From assembly GCA_977018835.1 (NCBI GenBank), contig OZ361257.1:2480001-2544000 (forward strand): a stretch of DNA of 64,000 nt. Direction: 5' to 3'. Both the position numbers and the translations under genes were made by a program. Each line of letters begins with the position of its first letter. The stretch's first letter is position 1. Origin of the DNA: Minutocellus sp. GHC0000111 (lineage: Eukaryota). Below the pieces are notes generated by a model that saw only the letters and a list, made by a program, of their open reading frames with translations, was not told where the DNA came from and searched no databases. Of this stretch, positions 46,161-58,825 are shown one piece after another.

Positions 46161-48065
46161 ATGGACAAATCGTCATGTGAAGGCAGTGGAGGTAAAGAGG
46201 CGGTGGAGGAAGTTTCCACCACCAGCGACGCTTGCGCCAATGGCGGAATATGAGATGCGGACGAGAACGAGAACGTTGCAGCTGCCGCTGCTACTGCGGC
46301 GGCAGGTACTAGTAGCAACCGAGACGACACCGAAACGGCCCAAGATTTGAGCATGAGGAGCGGCTTTACACCGTCGGCGGGGACGACGGCGGCGGCAGCA
46401 GCGCCAGCGACGCGGCCCGGTGCGGTCCATGTCATCCCCATGGAAAGTGTCCGAGCTTTTGAGGACGGTCAGCAGGGACTAGTTCCCGGAGAACTTGGAG
46501 CGCATACGACTAGACGGTTGAGTAACGAGACGAGCGAAATTACCATGTCTCATACCGTCGCTTCGGCGTACCTGGTGGAAGAGGAGGAAGACGGCGGAGA
46601 AGGCGGCGGACGGTCGATGCAACCGATGGAGGTTTCCTCCGAGCCAGTTGACGAGGCCGACGTCGTCCAGACCCTGTGTGGTGGTAAGTGGGGATTCCGT
46701 TTCTATTGATTTTGTGCGCGTGCTGTGGATCGATGTTGTGCTATACGTGCTGTCAATAAATTGGTGCCTTACTCTATTTGCAATGCTATTCAAATCCGGA
46801 TGAGTGCCCGAATTATAACGCCGTGGGCAAGCTTTGCGGGTGTCGTTCATCTGTGCCATCGCCAGATAATTGTGGCCCTCTTTGTGGTCCCGATATTGAT
46901 GACATCGAGTATCCAGCCTTACTTGTCTACAACCAGCCCTGCGAAGATTGGGATGTATTTTCTGCCTACTTGCCAATTTCCTACGGCAAACACGGCGAAA
47001 CATGCGATGAACGGTATCGTGACATTGCCCGTCGCTGCGAATGTCCCGCTACTCCATTGCCCCCCGCAGATTGCCTGTCGCTGTGCCAAGAGCGGAGTCT
47101 CTGTGGACAACTCTGTTCTGATGGGACTGCTATCCCAGACCCGAATAAAGTTGTAAGAGGTATGTCGTGCCTTGCATGGGAATTTCGGTCTCGGATGGAC
47201 TCCTGGGAGGATCAAGAGGAGCTCTGTGCTTTTCATCACATGGTGGGGGCCGAATGCGGTTGCGCCAGTAATGCCCCGCCTGCAAATGCCTGTGGTCCTT
47301 TGTGTGGTCCCAACGATTCCATACCTGATCCTGGACGGCAAGTCCAATTTGTATCCTGTGCAGAATGGGACAGCTACAGCTCGTTCCTCTACGAAGGATA
47401 CGGCCTTGCCATGGGATCTCATAACAGCATTATCTCTTCTTGTGATGAGTTTATTTCCAAGAAGGCGTATGCATGTGGCTGCCCTTCGGCCCGAGATCCG
47501 AGATCCTCCAGCCGAGGCCTGTGGTAGCCTATGCAAAGACGGTTCGGCAGTTCCCGATCCTAACCGAATTGTTGGCGACAGGACATGTGCTGATATGGAC
47601 CTGTCTTCTCGTTTTGAGACGGATCCTGCCAGGTGCCAATACCTCCGTGACCTTGTTGGACCGGAGTGTGGCTGCAATGGAAAAGAAAAAGTGGCGAGCT
47701 GCTTCACTCTTGAGGATATAGCGCTATCCAACCAGACCTACTCGTACTTCATCGGCCAAAACACTTTTACTGTGACGTTTGGAGAAAGAGGTCGATTCAC
47801 TCAGATCCAAAGCTTGCTGATTAACATTCACATTGGAGACTATTTTGGCATTGACAATTCCACCACTGCCGCAAACAATTCCACATCCAATGCTGTCCGA
47901 TATGTGTATGGAGGAGGTTTCCCTTGTGGGATGTACGGTCCTCGGCGGGGGACGGTTGTACTTGTTGAGGACGCATTTGCCACTGAGCCATACATTGACA
48001 GTGTGGTTGAACCAAGTATTTGCAATTATCAGGCTGAGATGAAAGTTCCAACTCTTTGTCGGTAG
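46161..48065 (+). pseudogene. Cysteine-rich repeat protein with a C-terminal MRH/PRKCSH-like domain; multiply disrupted
   Basis: ATG 46161 frame has an in-frame TGA at 46251-46253. CGxLC..PDP repeats follow, with a 7-nt duplication at 47492-47505 and a C-terminal GFPCG..GPRR...VVEPSICNY..PTLC motif. The structure at 46680-46780 is unresolved. Confidence 0.7.
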
Positions 48066-48264
48066 AAATATGCGTATGTAAATACTAGATCTAGCTAGCT
48101 ACCGTGGATCAGGATACTACCGATACTACGTAGCTCCAGCTGACTACGTAGAGAGTACCGATTATCTTGCGAGGAATGACCACCCGGAAAAACTTCTGCT
48201 GCTTGACTTGTCTGTCCTTCGCTCCACTTTTCAACGACGAAGCAAGCAAAATCTGAACGAAACG

Positions 48265-49401
48265 ATGGCTTGCTCCTGGCGTTCCGTCGCACGCCGGTGC
48301 CTCGGCAGTAGAATACGGGCCAGACCTTCTGCGCGATGCTTTTCCTCTTCGACCGCATCAGAATCTCCCGGCGTCCTCCATCATGAGTGGATCAGCGGCG
48401 GGAAGATCACCAAAGACCGACCGCCTGCATCCTCGTCATCAACAGACGGCAATAACGGCGGTGGGACCGTCCTCTTCCTCCATGGTTTGTTGGGCTCTGG
48501 CAAGAATCTGCGGATGCCCGCCAAGCGTCTTACCCAGGCCCATCCTCACCTCACCGCCCTCATGCTCGATCTGCGCGGTCACGGCAGCACCTCGGCGAAG
48601 GACACGTTGGGTCTGAGCACACCACTGAACGCCGATGACCACCGCACAGTCCACACGCTGCAATCCTGCGCCGACGATGTCATCCATACCGTCCAAGAGC
48701 TGGGCCTAGTAGGACCCATCGATAGTCCGGTGGGCGTCGTGGGACATTCCTTCGGTGGTCGAACAGCACTTCAGTACGTCCACACGCTTCTCCATCCTCC
48801 TGGTACCTCCCCTACCGACGTGCATCATCCGGAAGACGACGAGGTCCACCCCCCTCATGTCACGTACATCCTCGATGCCGTGCCCGGTGAGGCTCACAAA
48901 AGTGTCGCCGATGTGGTCGATACGGTATCCAACGTTCCCATGCCGGTTGGATCCAAGAAGGAACTCATATCGACCCTGATGGGAACGTATGGGGTTGACG
49001 AACCCACGGCACTTTGGATGACGACCAATCTGATCAAGTGTCCCAATGGCAGTGGTGGGTTCGTATGGACGTTTGATTTGGACGCGATAGAGCAGATATT
49101 GGAGGACTTTCCGCAACAAAACTTTATGGAGCTCACGAGATCCATTGGTGCCAGATATGTCAATCATCCGGAGGGGATTGGATCCGGTGGACGAAAGAGT
49201 CGCCTGAGCCTTGTCATGGCGGGGAAGAATCAGGCCTGGACGCCATCGATAATGGACGAACTGGAAATGACGCTGAGGGAGCGGAGCTTGCCCAGTCACG
49301 ATCCATTTTTGACGATGCATACGCTTGAAAATGCAGGACATAACGTCCATGTGGACGATTTGGACGGGCTGATGCGTTTGTTGGAAGATGGTTTACAATG
49401 A
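48265..49401 (+). CDS. Alpha/beta hydrolase (ABHD11-like), probably mitochondrial
   Basis: FLHGLLGSGKN, DLRGHG, GHSFGG and AGHNVHVD motifs. Confidence 0.88.
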   Translation: MACSWRSVARRCLGSRIRARPSARCFSSSTASESPGVLHHEWISGGKITKDRPPASSSSTDGNNGGGTVLFLHGLLGSGKNLRMPAKRLTQAHPHLTALMLDLRGHGSTSAKDTLGLSTPLNADDHRTVHTLQSCADDVIHTVQELGLVGPIDSPVGVVGHSFGGRTALQYVHTLLHPPGTSPTDVHHPEDDEVHPPHVTYILDAVPGEAHKSVADVVDTVSNVPMPVGSKKELISTLMGTYGVDEPTALWMTTNLIKCPNGSGGFVWTFDLDAIEQILEDFPQQNFMELTRSIGARYVNHPEGIGSGGRKSRLSLVMAGKNQAWTPSIMDELEMTLRERSLPSHDPFLTMHTLENAGHNVHVDDLDGLMRLLEDGLQ

Positions 49402-49471
49402 TGCCAATTTACATCTATAGGTATGATCCCCCCTACATGTATACATATTTAAATTCTACATAAACCACCTT

Positions 49472-51410
49472 TTAGAGCCGAACAACCAACTCTGCGGCGT
49501 GGCGTTTGGTGCATTCGTTGTTGCATTGAGTTCGGCAGCTGGGATTGTTGCCAGTGGATTGAGCATCCATTGCCTTGAAACAGCAAAAGGCATTGGTAAG
49601 GTCGTTGCACTGACCCCCGGACACAATATCGAAGAAAGTAATTGAGTCCAAGCAGTTGGCAGGCGAACCACAAGCTGATTTGAGACAGTCCCGACAAGGC
49701 TGGCATAGGCTATCTGTGGTGGTAACTCCAGTGTTGACCATTTCGTCCCGAATTTCGATTAGATCCGTAGCATCGCAAAGGTAACACTTGGAATCGGCCG
49801 TTTGATCGGCTTGGTTGTAGGAGCAAGCCGTATTTTCGTCAGGCTGACATCCACAGCCGTTCGGAACAGCATTGGGGTTGATTTCGACGCCAGAGCAATC
49901 GTCGCCTTGTCCTTCGAACCCAGCGAAGTAGTTGTACTGCATCTGGCATTGATCGAGGGCCACGAGATTGATGTTTTGATTGTTTGAGTAGCAGTTATTC
50001 ACGTTGTTGAATTGGCAGCAATTTTTGTTGTCATCCTCGAGATACCATTCATGGCTGACGCTCGTATCAGGTGAAGCCTGTGAAGAAATATGCATACAAA
50101 GCACATGTTAGTGAGGCTCTGACATATGTACAAAGTGCGAAGAAATAATCGATAAAGCAATATAGAAAGGAGACACTTACATTTTTACCGAACCCACAAG
50201 CACCACATTCGCAATCCATACAGACCGTGATTTTATTCGGATCCCATGCATTATTCGCCTGTCCCGTAGCCGTGTATGGTGAATTCATGTATACGGTGCC
50301 ATCGGGGCATGCATCACAGGGGTCAACGGAGCAAGTGCACTGTTGCGTGAGGAAGCAGTTCTCCACCGTGCAATCAATCTGGCCGTCGACGTAGTTGCTG
50401 CATCCATGATGACCCTCACAAGGATCTCCCATAATGACCGGCGGATCGTCTTCGGTGAAGAGAGCGAATTCGGTCGGGGCTGAAGTCGCAGGAGCTGACG
50501 TAGGCTGGGGAGCTTTTGTAGGCTGACTCGTCTGCGGTGCCTTGGACGGTGTAGCGGTAACAGGCTGGCTCGTTTGTGGAGCTGCCGTAGGGTCGCTCGT
50601 CTGAGGTGCCTTGGACGGTGCAAAGGTAGTTGGTGCTTTACTTGGACCTCTCGAAGGCGCATCGCTGGGTTTGTCTGACGGCTCCTTTGAGGGCTCGGAG
50701 CTTGGTGTCACTGATGGCAAGTCGCTGGGATGGCTTGATGACACCTTGGAGGGCTGGGAGCTTGGTACATCCGTCGGGAATGCTGATACTGGGAATAACG
50801 TCGGCGTAGCAGAGCTGGGAGGTGACGGGCAGGTCGTATCCGTGCCACACATTTCATCAACGTATGCGTAGTGATGGGATAGACTGGGAAGATCCTCCTC
50901 GACATACTCGGTACAATTGCATGCATCTGTGCAGTTGTCGTTGCAGACCGTGTATTCGAGGCGAAAGGTGACCGTTTCCAGCGGCTCGATGCTCACCGTT
51001 TCACAGACCGATGTGGGGACGACGGTCTTATTGGTGCTTCCGTTCCCCTGGAAATCACCAAAACACCTCAGGGTCCAAACATTAAATGCCTCGTCGTACG
51101 TGTGGACGGTCACCCGCATGCATTCGGTGGTGTCAAAGTAGGTGGCATACTGGCGCACTTCCAGTGTTCCGGTGTCGTCTGCAGTGAGATTAAATTCTTT
51201 GCACCCTCCCATGGACGTGCTGTAGATTGGACTTGCCGCCCACGATTTTGAGACGAAAGACATGAGAAAGAATAACACCGCAAAATTATGCAGTGCCGCC
51301 GAGGACGACGACTGACGCCTACATGTACGCCTTGAGCCAAAGGTGGGCTCCAATGTTGCAGCTGTTGCCGACATTTTTTGAACAACACTTCCAGTCGAAC
51401 TTCCTTGCAT
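49472..51410 (-). CDS. Secreted Cys-rich protein with a Pro/Ser/Thr-rich linker; intron 50078-50180
   Basis: Hydrophobic signal, PSxxPS repeats, and a gtaagt...cag phase-0 intron joining GKN|ASPD. Start uncertain. Confidence 0.75.
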
Positions 51411-51838
51411 TCCTCTTGTGTTCAAGTCGACTGACTACTTGATACGATTCCTGACAGTAATGCCCGTGCCTTGCCTGTGCTCGCAGAATGCATGGCAGTG
51501 ACTGGCGGCCGATGTGCCGGTGCGGTCCGCCCTCTTTTGTGTTCTTGCGGGGAGAGAGGCTTTTTGGTGCTCTTGGACAATAATTAATTTCTGATGAGTT
51601 CAGAATTTGCTTGTTTGAGGGAACGTCATTGACATTTTTTGTTTCTCTAGAGTTTCGGAGGCAGCTCCCTGAAATCAAATGTTTCCTATAGGGATACTTA
51701 TTCCTTGCAAAGCAAGCAAGCAAGCAAGCAAGCAACGCACGCGAAGATCGCGGCAGGTTCAACATGTCATCTGCCGACCCTCCGACCTCAATTTTACGAG
51801 CAGCCCCGAGTCGAGTCAAGCACCCACCAATTGCCACC

Positions 51839-53112
51839 ATGAAATTCAACGCGCTCTGCATCACAAGCTCGCTGGCCGTAGCCGCCGGCACTGCTTCCGC
51901 CTTTGTTGCACCAACGACTTTGCACCACCCCTGACGAAGATCAGCGGCAATCCAACGGCATCCTCCAGCTCACTTCATGTGCACAATGATAATGATGATT
52001 GGCATGTATCGCCTTCCCCAACCGACCTCCCGTTCGCATCCAAAGTTGCCGATGCGATGGCGACACTGACCATCGCCACGGCTCTGTCCTTTTCGGTATT
52101 CCTCGGCGGTCCATCGGCTAGTTTGGCCGACACCACTGCTTCGGCGACCAAGAATTACGATGGATTTGCGGAATATGCCAAGGAGAACAAGATGGAGCAG
52201 AGCGACGTCGGATGCTTCATCAACAAGTGCGGCATTCAGACCAAGAATCTCTTCTCCAACCCCCGTGGCATCAAGGGTGTGAGCTGTCTCGGAAGGTGCA
52301 AGGGAGAGCAGTCTTGTGCGACGCGCTGCTTCGCCGAATTTGGCAGCGAGGATCTCAACGAGTGGCTCAGCTGTACCATTGAGGAGAATGAGTGCGTTTA
52401 AGTCCCCAAGAACGTGGACAATTCGGCCGAGGATGTGGGATATGACTCTACCGTCAAGGCATTCAATCCACAGAGCCTGGTTGGCACTTGGTACAAAACA
52501 GATGGATTAAATCCGAATTATGACTTGTTTGATTGTCAGACCAATACGTTCAAGATACCTGAGGGGAGCAAGGATGCGTCGGAGTTGGACATGGATATCT
52601 TCTTCCGCGTGCTGCGACCAAAGGAATTTGGCGGTGGGTTCTGGGAGAATGCCTTGACGGAGCACATGGTTGTAGATGCCGTGCAGAAGGATCTGCCCAA
52701 CCCGACGGGACGGACGATGCACACCGAGGGTAAAATGTATGGTCTGAAATTCAACGAGAACTGGTACATTGTTGGTGAAAGCGATGGAAGCAAGGATGTG
52801 CCACCATTCAAGCTGGTGGCCTACAAGGGCCACACATTGCAGGGAAACTATGAGGGAGCCTTTGTCTATGCCAAGGAGCCCAAACTTCCGCCCGCGGCGA
52901 TACCGGCTGTTCGGGAAGCGGCCGCAAATGCCGGTTTGGACTTTGCCAAGTTTACACGCATCGACAACACCTGCCCAACGACGTCGCAGGCTCTCAACGA
53001 TCCTGATGCTGGCACCGGCACATCGACGACGGATTGGATCGATCTCGTCGTTGGTGAGGGCGGCGTCATCGACTGGGTTGTTCCCGGCTGGAGAGGAGAG
53101 TACAATAAGTAG
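51839..53112 (+). pseudogene. VDL: Violaxanthin de-epoxidase-like protein (probably VDL1-type), with a 14-nt insertion at 51914-51927 and an in-frame TAA at 52399-52401
   Basis: Presequence MKFNALC...TASAFVAP, Cys-rich domain (GCFINKCG...CLGRCKGEQSCATRCFAEFG) and lipocalin motif GTWYKTDGLNPNYDLFDCQ. Confidence 0.88.
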
Positions 53113-53199
53113 CGTAGGTGATATGTAGACAAATAAATGCAATATGAAGCTAGTTTTACATGTTATGAATAGTTCTATGATCGTGCCATCATCATTGTA

Positions 53200-53934
53200 T
53201 CATGTCCATCGATCCGAGCCAGTATTGCTTGTCCTGTTGCTGGTCATTCTGGATGACCCGACGCCGCCAGAACCACTCACCATTCCATGTGTCTCAATAT
53301 CATCACGGTGATCCACTACAACAGGCATCGGCCTCGGTAACGGATACTTTAGAAACGCAAACACACTCGCCACCAACCACAAACTTGCCGCCACCATATC
53401 CGCCTTGCTGCCGAAGTGAAATGCGCATATGTTGCCCGCGGACTTGTCGCACATTCCCGTGTTGAACCAGGCGAATCCCGCCAAGGTAAATATCGATGCA
53501 CCCAACATTTCGTACGCTGTGAAGCGCCACAACCCCCGCGACACCACGGTGAAGGTACTGCACCACAGAAACAACGACGCGCTGCCTCCGAGCGTTTGTG
53601 TGACGAAGTGAGCCACCCGAGAAAACTTCCACTGCCAATCTGCATCGATGGCAACTGTGCCGTAACTGGAACATATGTCTGTGTAGACTATTGCCCACTT
53701 CCCGTCTTCCTCATTTCCCGGTTCGTAGTAGTATCCGGGAACGCGATAGCCCGATCGTCCCACCTCGGCGAAGGGGACCACGTCGCTGCCCGTCAATATT
53801 TCCACCGATGGGCCGCTGACTTCGGCAAAGTCACATCCGTCTTGGACTAAGGTTGATATCCAGGCCATGGTGCACAAGACCACGGGGATCATGGCCAGCG
53901 GCCCCTGCGGCAGGAGGCGGAACGGATTCTTCAT
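53200..53934 (-). CDS. Four-TM claudin-like membrane protein
   Basis: 244-aa ORF with four hydrophobic segments and extracellular Cys pairs. Confidence 0.7.
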   Translation of the reverse strand: MKNPFRLLPQGPLAMIPVVLCTMAWISTLVQDGCDFAEVSGPSVEILTGSDVVPFAEVGRSGYRVPGYYYEPGNEEDGKWAIVYTDICSSYGTVAIDADWQWKFSRVAHFVTQTLGGSASLFLWCSTFTVVSRGLWRFTAYEMLGASIFTLAGFAWFNTGMCDKSAGNICAFHFGSKADMVAASLWLVASVFAFLKYPLPRPMPVVVDHRDDIETHGMVSGSGGVGSSRMTSNRTSNTGSDRWT

Positions 53935-54113
53935 TGCTCGCTATGAATGAGATAAGCGAGCGAGCACGTGGCGATCATGGTGGTTGAAGCGAATGGGGTC
54001 ATCGATTGATGTGCTTCATCGATGGCGCGGACGGTTGCTTTGTGCGGGAGCTATGGACTCGTTCGACTCAGTCGCCCTTGCATGCATACGTAGCTCAAAA
54101 TTCGACGGCCACG

Positions 54114-55272
54114 ATGGCGGAAATCACGAGCGCCACCTCGACCAAGCGGCAGCGCATCGACGCCTCCTCTGCCACCAATGCATCAGATGAGGATGATGAT
54201 GATTCCATCATCGGCATCGACTGCGGCGGCCAAGTGTTTTTTCACGCACAAGTCCACTCTGACCGCCGGATCAACCTACTTCGCAGCCAGGTTTGGCGGT
54301 TCTTTCAATGCCGGTGCCTGTCGGAAGGATGAGTACGGAAGAGACGTGTACTTTGTGGATGCCGATCCCGATACCTTCCGGTGCATCTTGTCGTATCTTC
54401 GCCGGGGCGTCGTGTCGTGGCCGGACTGGGCCGACGATCCCAGGTTTCATCAGAGACTTGTGGTGGAGGCCGAGTACTTTGGTTTGGACGCTGCAGTTGT
54501 GGAGAAGCTCAAGTGCATTGCTTCCATCAAGTACGAGCCCGATAACAAAGATGGCAAGGGTATCTTTTACTGGCTTGGAACCAAATATGGCAAGGCAAAG
54601 TACGAGAATCCCTATGAGTTGGATATGGTCGCATTTAGTGGGTATCTAAAACATGTCTTGGTCGACATGGACTTGCACAAGCGCAAATTCATTCAGTTCC
54701 GTCCCAAGTGCGATGGTCTTTACGAAAGCTACTGCATAAAAGATGGCATCATTTGTGATTGCCGGCTTCTTTGGTGTGATGGCGCCGCCAATGGTGATGG
54801 GCTGGTCATTAAACTCACGACGATTGGCGTTAGACCAACGCACTACTCCCTCCGTTACGGTGATTGCGGTGGCATGAGGAACTGGAACTTTGAGGCTTCT
54901 GTAGATGGTAACAATTGGGAAACCCTTCACAAAGCACGGAATAACCTTCATCTCACCTTCACACCTGAAAAGTGGGATGCAATCGAGAAGAGAATAGACG
55001 AGTTTGAACGTGGTTACATGGGAGGAAAGAAACGTGGGCAGGAGAAAATGGCCCATGAACAATTTCTCGCAAGTAAGATCAACATATTTACAGGCTATGC
55101 TGAGGAAACCCTACGGCATACTTGGGAGGTAAGTGATTCTGTTTCCTCTTTTTATCGTTTCTTTCGCATTGTGGGCCCAGGGGTGAAAGAGATTACTTCG
55201 CATCCGTGTCTACATGGAGTCGGCTTTGAGCTGTATGGCGACGTCCAGGCACTGCGCGGAGACTCAAAATAA
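54114..55272 (+). pseudogene. BTB/POZ protein paralogous to 36275-37315, with a +1 frameshift in the T-run at 54237-54242
   Basis: IIGIDCGGQVF in one frame, THKSTLTAGSTYFAARFGG in another; the paralog shows the unbroken reading. Could be a homopolymer error. Confidence 0.8.
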
Positions 55273-56513
55273 GAAAGAAGATGCATCACATCTCGAGTAG
55301 AAAATTTCTTGCGATCCTTTGGCATCTGAAATTCTTTTAGAGTAAACGAATAGACACAATGACGATCCAAGAACCAAGTGTGTAGGTAGGAATTTCTCTG
55401 AGCAAAACTGACTTTTTGCCGAACAAGTTTCATTTCATTCATTCAATGCATTGCACTTTTTAGCGCATGTACTCTATGGTAGTGACGGCGGAAAAATCTG
55501 GGATTCTGGGCGGTGTGGGAGATGTTGGAGAACAAATATCACATGTCGGGCCAGTGTGTTCCCAGAAAACAGTCTCGCGAGCTTATCACTCGCCTACAGA
55601 ATGTGTGTAGAGTTTGAGCGTGGGTTCTAGACCTACTTGGACTCCAAGCTCTATTGTTGTAACTCTTGGGAGCGACGAGTGAGAATGAGAATGCAATGGG
55701 TTCTAAACACAAACTCAACAATCAACACATGCTCTTCCATTCTTTAGTACATACCTTGGTAGGGTTGAACGAGAATCAGCGCCTCTCTGTCGAATTTCAA
55801 GAACTCTTGCACACCATCTCATTGTGGCGCCTGTCCCAACACTGGGAAATTTATTGCAAATCCACACGGCCCCAACGAAATGATCCACTTACTGACACCC
55901 AACCTGTAGAAGAAGCTCATCGATCGGTTCAGTAGTATCGTGGTGGCTAAATATCAAAAGTTGTACCTAGGTATAGATACTCCAAGCGGATTTTTCTGAG
56001 CAATGGAGCTAAATCGACCACGAGGAACGGGTTCGTGACGAAATCTAAATGTATTAATAGAATTTTTGAAGGGCATGACGACACTTGAAGATTCTCGTGC
56101 GTCCGAACTCATCAACGCTGCCACATCTTCGCTCGACACTATAATCAAGGCGTTAAAAGTGTCACAATCTCATTTCATAGATGTTGTCATTACCTTTCTT
56201 CAAAATTGTAGCCGTCTGGGAGGTCGAGGCCGGCCGCCGATTTTTGTCAATAAACGAATTCGTAAGCTTCAGGGATGAGAGGCTCAGAACAAAGTTTCAT
56301 GCACCAAGAACGATATGTGGAGAAGAGATGCCGAGGCGGATATGACTATTGAATGCCATCTTGGCGGTCCTCTGGGCACATCATGTGTGAGCTGAGACCA
56401 CAAGAAAAAAGGACCGACCGATGAAACCTAAGATTTCGGCTCATACCAAATTATCTCCTCATGTGTATGAATAATATGTTTACATTTCTTAAATAGACTG
56501 CTTGCATTGCGAT

Positions 56514-57743
56514 TCAGCTCATCACAATTCTCTCCTGCCACACGACACCGACGCCCTCGATCTCAACATAGTCCTTCTTCAATATGCTGCAGAACGTCGG
56601 CCAAGCTCCGCTCTTGTACACATCCTCGTTGCTCAGGACCTTGCCCTTCTGGGGCAGGCCATCACTGCCCATCGTCAATTCACCCATGAGAGGGGTCTTG
56701 CCATCGATCTTGGCACCAATGGCCGTGAGCTGATCCTGCAACGTGTCAGCCGGGCACAGCATGTGCTTGAGAGGTTCCATGCCGGCCTTGTCCGTAATGT
56801 CGAAACCGGTGTGGATGGGGAATCGAAGGTGGGGGAAGCGGGGGCTGAAGAAGGGCATACCATCGCCAAAGTTGAACATGCGCGTTTCCGGGACGACGCT
56901 CTCCACCAGCTTGATGTAGTTGGTGTCATTACCAGCCTCTTGGGTCACGAGGACGTTGGCCTCGGTCACCTCGAGGGCCTTGCCCAGAGACTTCTTGGCA
57001 CCCTCGGGATCGGTAATGGCCTGGGCCGGGTCGAGATTGTACAGGACCAGACCAGCCTTAGAGCAGGCGAATTGCAGAATGTGCTGCCGATGCCAAACAA
57101 AGCAAAAGGATACATCCGAATCAAGCCAAATTCCAGCGAAGCCGCAGTCCGATGAGAGATGAGGACAGAAGAGAAAAAAATCGGGATTAGAAAAAGTGAG
57201 ATGAAATGTGCCGCAAGCAAATGAGTACCAGACCCAGCACCGACGTCAGCCCTATTCAACTGCATGTGCTATCACCACATTCGTGCTTCAGATCGTCCTC
57301 AACTCAATTCCGAAACGTATTTTGCCTTTATCTTCCGCTTGCTCCGGCCGACACCTCTTCCGTTCTTTTTCGCATGTTTGTGTCCTCACCTCCTCGCCAA
57401 AGTGCTGGGGCAACCAACTGAGCACAACGTCACCGGGACGGAGGCCATTCTCGATGAATCCCACGGCCAGCGCCTCGGAATTCTTATCCACGTGGCTGAG
57501 CGTCCACTTGACGTTCTTGTGCTCGTAGCGGACGACGTCTACGTGCGGGCTGGCGGCGGCCAGCGAGGCCAAAGCGGCTCCGGCCGAGGTGGTGGCGTCC
57601 CGGCGCTGGGGCTGCTGCGCCGGTGTCACCGCGGCGAAGTTATTGAGGGAGGCCGTGCTGGAAGCGACCAGACGACTCCGGGAGGCACCGGTGAGGGTGG
57701 ATGCCGCCCTGCGGGCGACGTTGACGGCGGTCCGAGAGGCCAT
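56514..57743 (-). CDS. Mitochondrial AMP-binding (acyl-CoA synthetase N-terminal-like) protein; exons 57743-57390 and 57083-56514
   Basis: ALAVGFIENGLRPGDVVLSWLP...EE|HILQFACSKAGLVL, joined across a gtgagg...cag intron in frame. Confidence 0.75.
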
Positions 57744-57859
57744 GGTGGTCGGCGGATTATGGGAGGAGGAGGGAGATGCCCTACTAACGGAAATGTACGG
57801 GAGCAGAAAAGTCGGGACTACATTGCATCATCGTACTTTTGCAGTGCCATACTTCAACG

Positions 57860-58663
57860 ATGACGAAGGGTACCGACGGCCGTGTTCGCCGCCGTGGTAG
57901 GCGTTCCCTGAGCACCGCTCTCTGTCTGAGCGCGCTGTCCCTCTCGTATGAGTCACTTGCGACGCAAGCGTTCACGTCGAGTGTTTCTCATAGAGTCAAT
58001 AATCGAAAAGCAGCACATGACGTGACCAACACCCAACTCTGCGCTCGTGGGGTCAACTTTGCTGGCGATTCTAGCTCGAATGTCTTTATTCCCCACCCTA
58101 ATGTCCCCTCCACCGGGAAGCCCAACCCCGCTCGTTCTCTCACGGCATATCTCCGTTCGACTGCCTCCGATGGTCTGCTCCTTGGAACCAGCAACTATGC
58201 ACTGCGTGAGAAGGATCAGCTATACGAAGCATACCAGCCCGAGATCGATTGGTTCGGCCTTCAACTGGTACCCGTCTTCGTCAACAAAATTGATCGACCC
58301 GAGGATACCGAGGAGGTGGTGTACGTCGACATTATGGAGGCGCGGACTGATATCGCTGGAGGGAGACCTCCGGGAAACCGTGCCAAGGCCATTGCGGATA
58401 TAATGAAACGATCGGAATTCACAGGCAGATACGAGCTGCTGTGGGAGAAGGCATCCGGTCGAAGGGGTGCCGGGTGGAGTTTGAACGGCGATCTGACGCT
58501 TGTGCTGAGCGTCCCCCTGCCCAAGCTGGTGCCGCTTCCACCGGGATTCAACAATGTTGGGAGTCGGATTGTCCGAACGACGTGCCGGAAGCGGGTGGAG
58601 GAGCAGTTGCAACTGCTTAGAGAGGGCTACATCGAGTGGGCCGAGCAGGAGGGGGAGCCTTGA
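57860..58663 (+). CDS. Putative plastid-targeted DUF1997-like protein
   Basis: Signal ending TQAF; WFGLQLVPVF...LPPGFNNVGSRIV pattern. Confidence 0.6.
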   Translation: MTKGTDGRVRRRGRRSLSTALCLSALSLSYESLATQAFTSSVSHRVNNRKAAHDVTNTQLCARGVNFAGDSSSNVFIPHPNVPSTGKPNPARSLTAYLRSTASDGLLLGTSNYALREKDQLYEAYQPEIDWFGLQLVPVFVNKIDRPEDTEEVVYVDIMEARTDIAGGRPPGNRAKAIADIMKRSEFTGRYELLWEKASGRRGAGWSLNGDLTLVLSVPLPKLVPLPPGFNNVGSRIVRTTCRKRVEEQLQLLREGYIEWAEQEGEP

Positions 58664-58825
58664 CGCGAAAGTTTGACAGCCTATTTCGACACAACATACA
58701 AGAGAAGAGTGCGGTATTCATCTCGTAATAAGGAATATGAATAATATCTAAAAATTGAATTAACCTGTATTTTCAGAGAAATCGATTGTTCTTCCTTCAC
58801 CCTATTTGCTCTTCACTTCTCTAAT

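Noticed and set aside
17974..52401. Alternative genetic code or systematic U-to-C editing explaining the in-frame TGA, TAG and TAA codons
   Set aside because: There is only about one stop per affected gene and most long ORFs have none. All three codons also terminate normal genes here, and frameshifting indels co-occur in the same genes. Decay is simpler; cDNA comparison would settle it.
55500..56480. Possible sulfotransferase remnant (ILFIHMR) on the minus strand
   Set aside because: A very short motif amid many stops that lies in the neighbouring gene's 3' region; likely chance.
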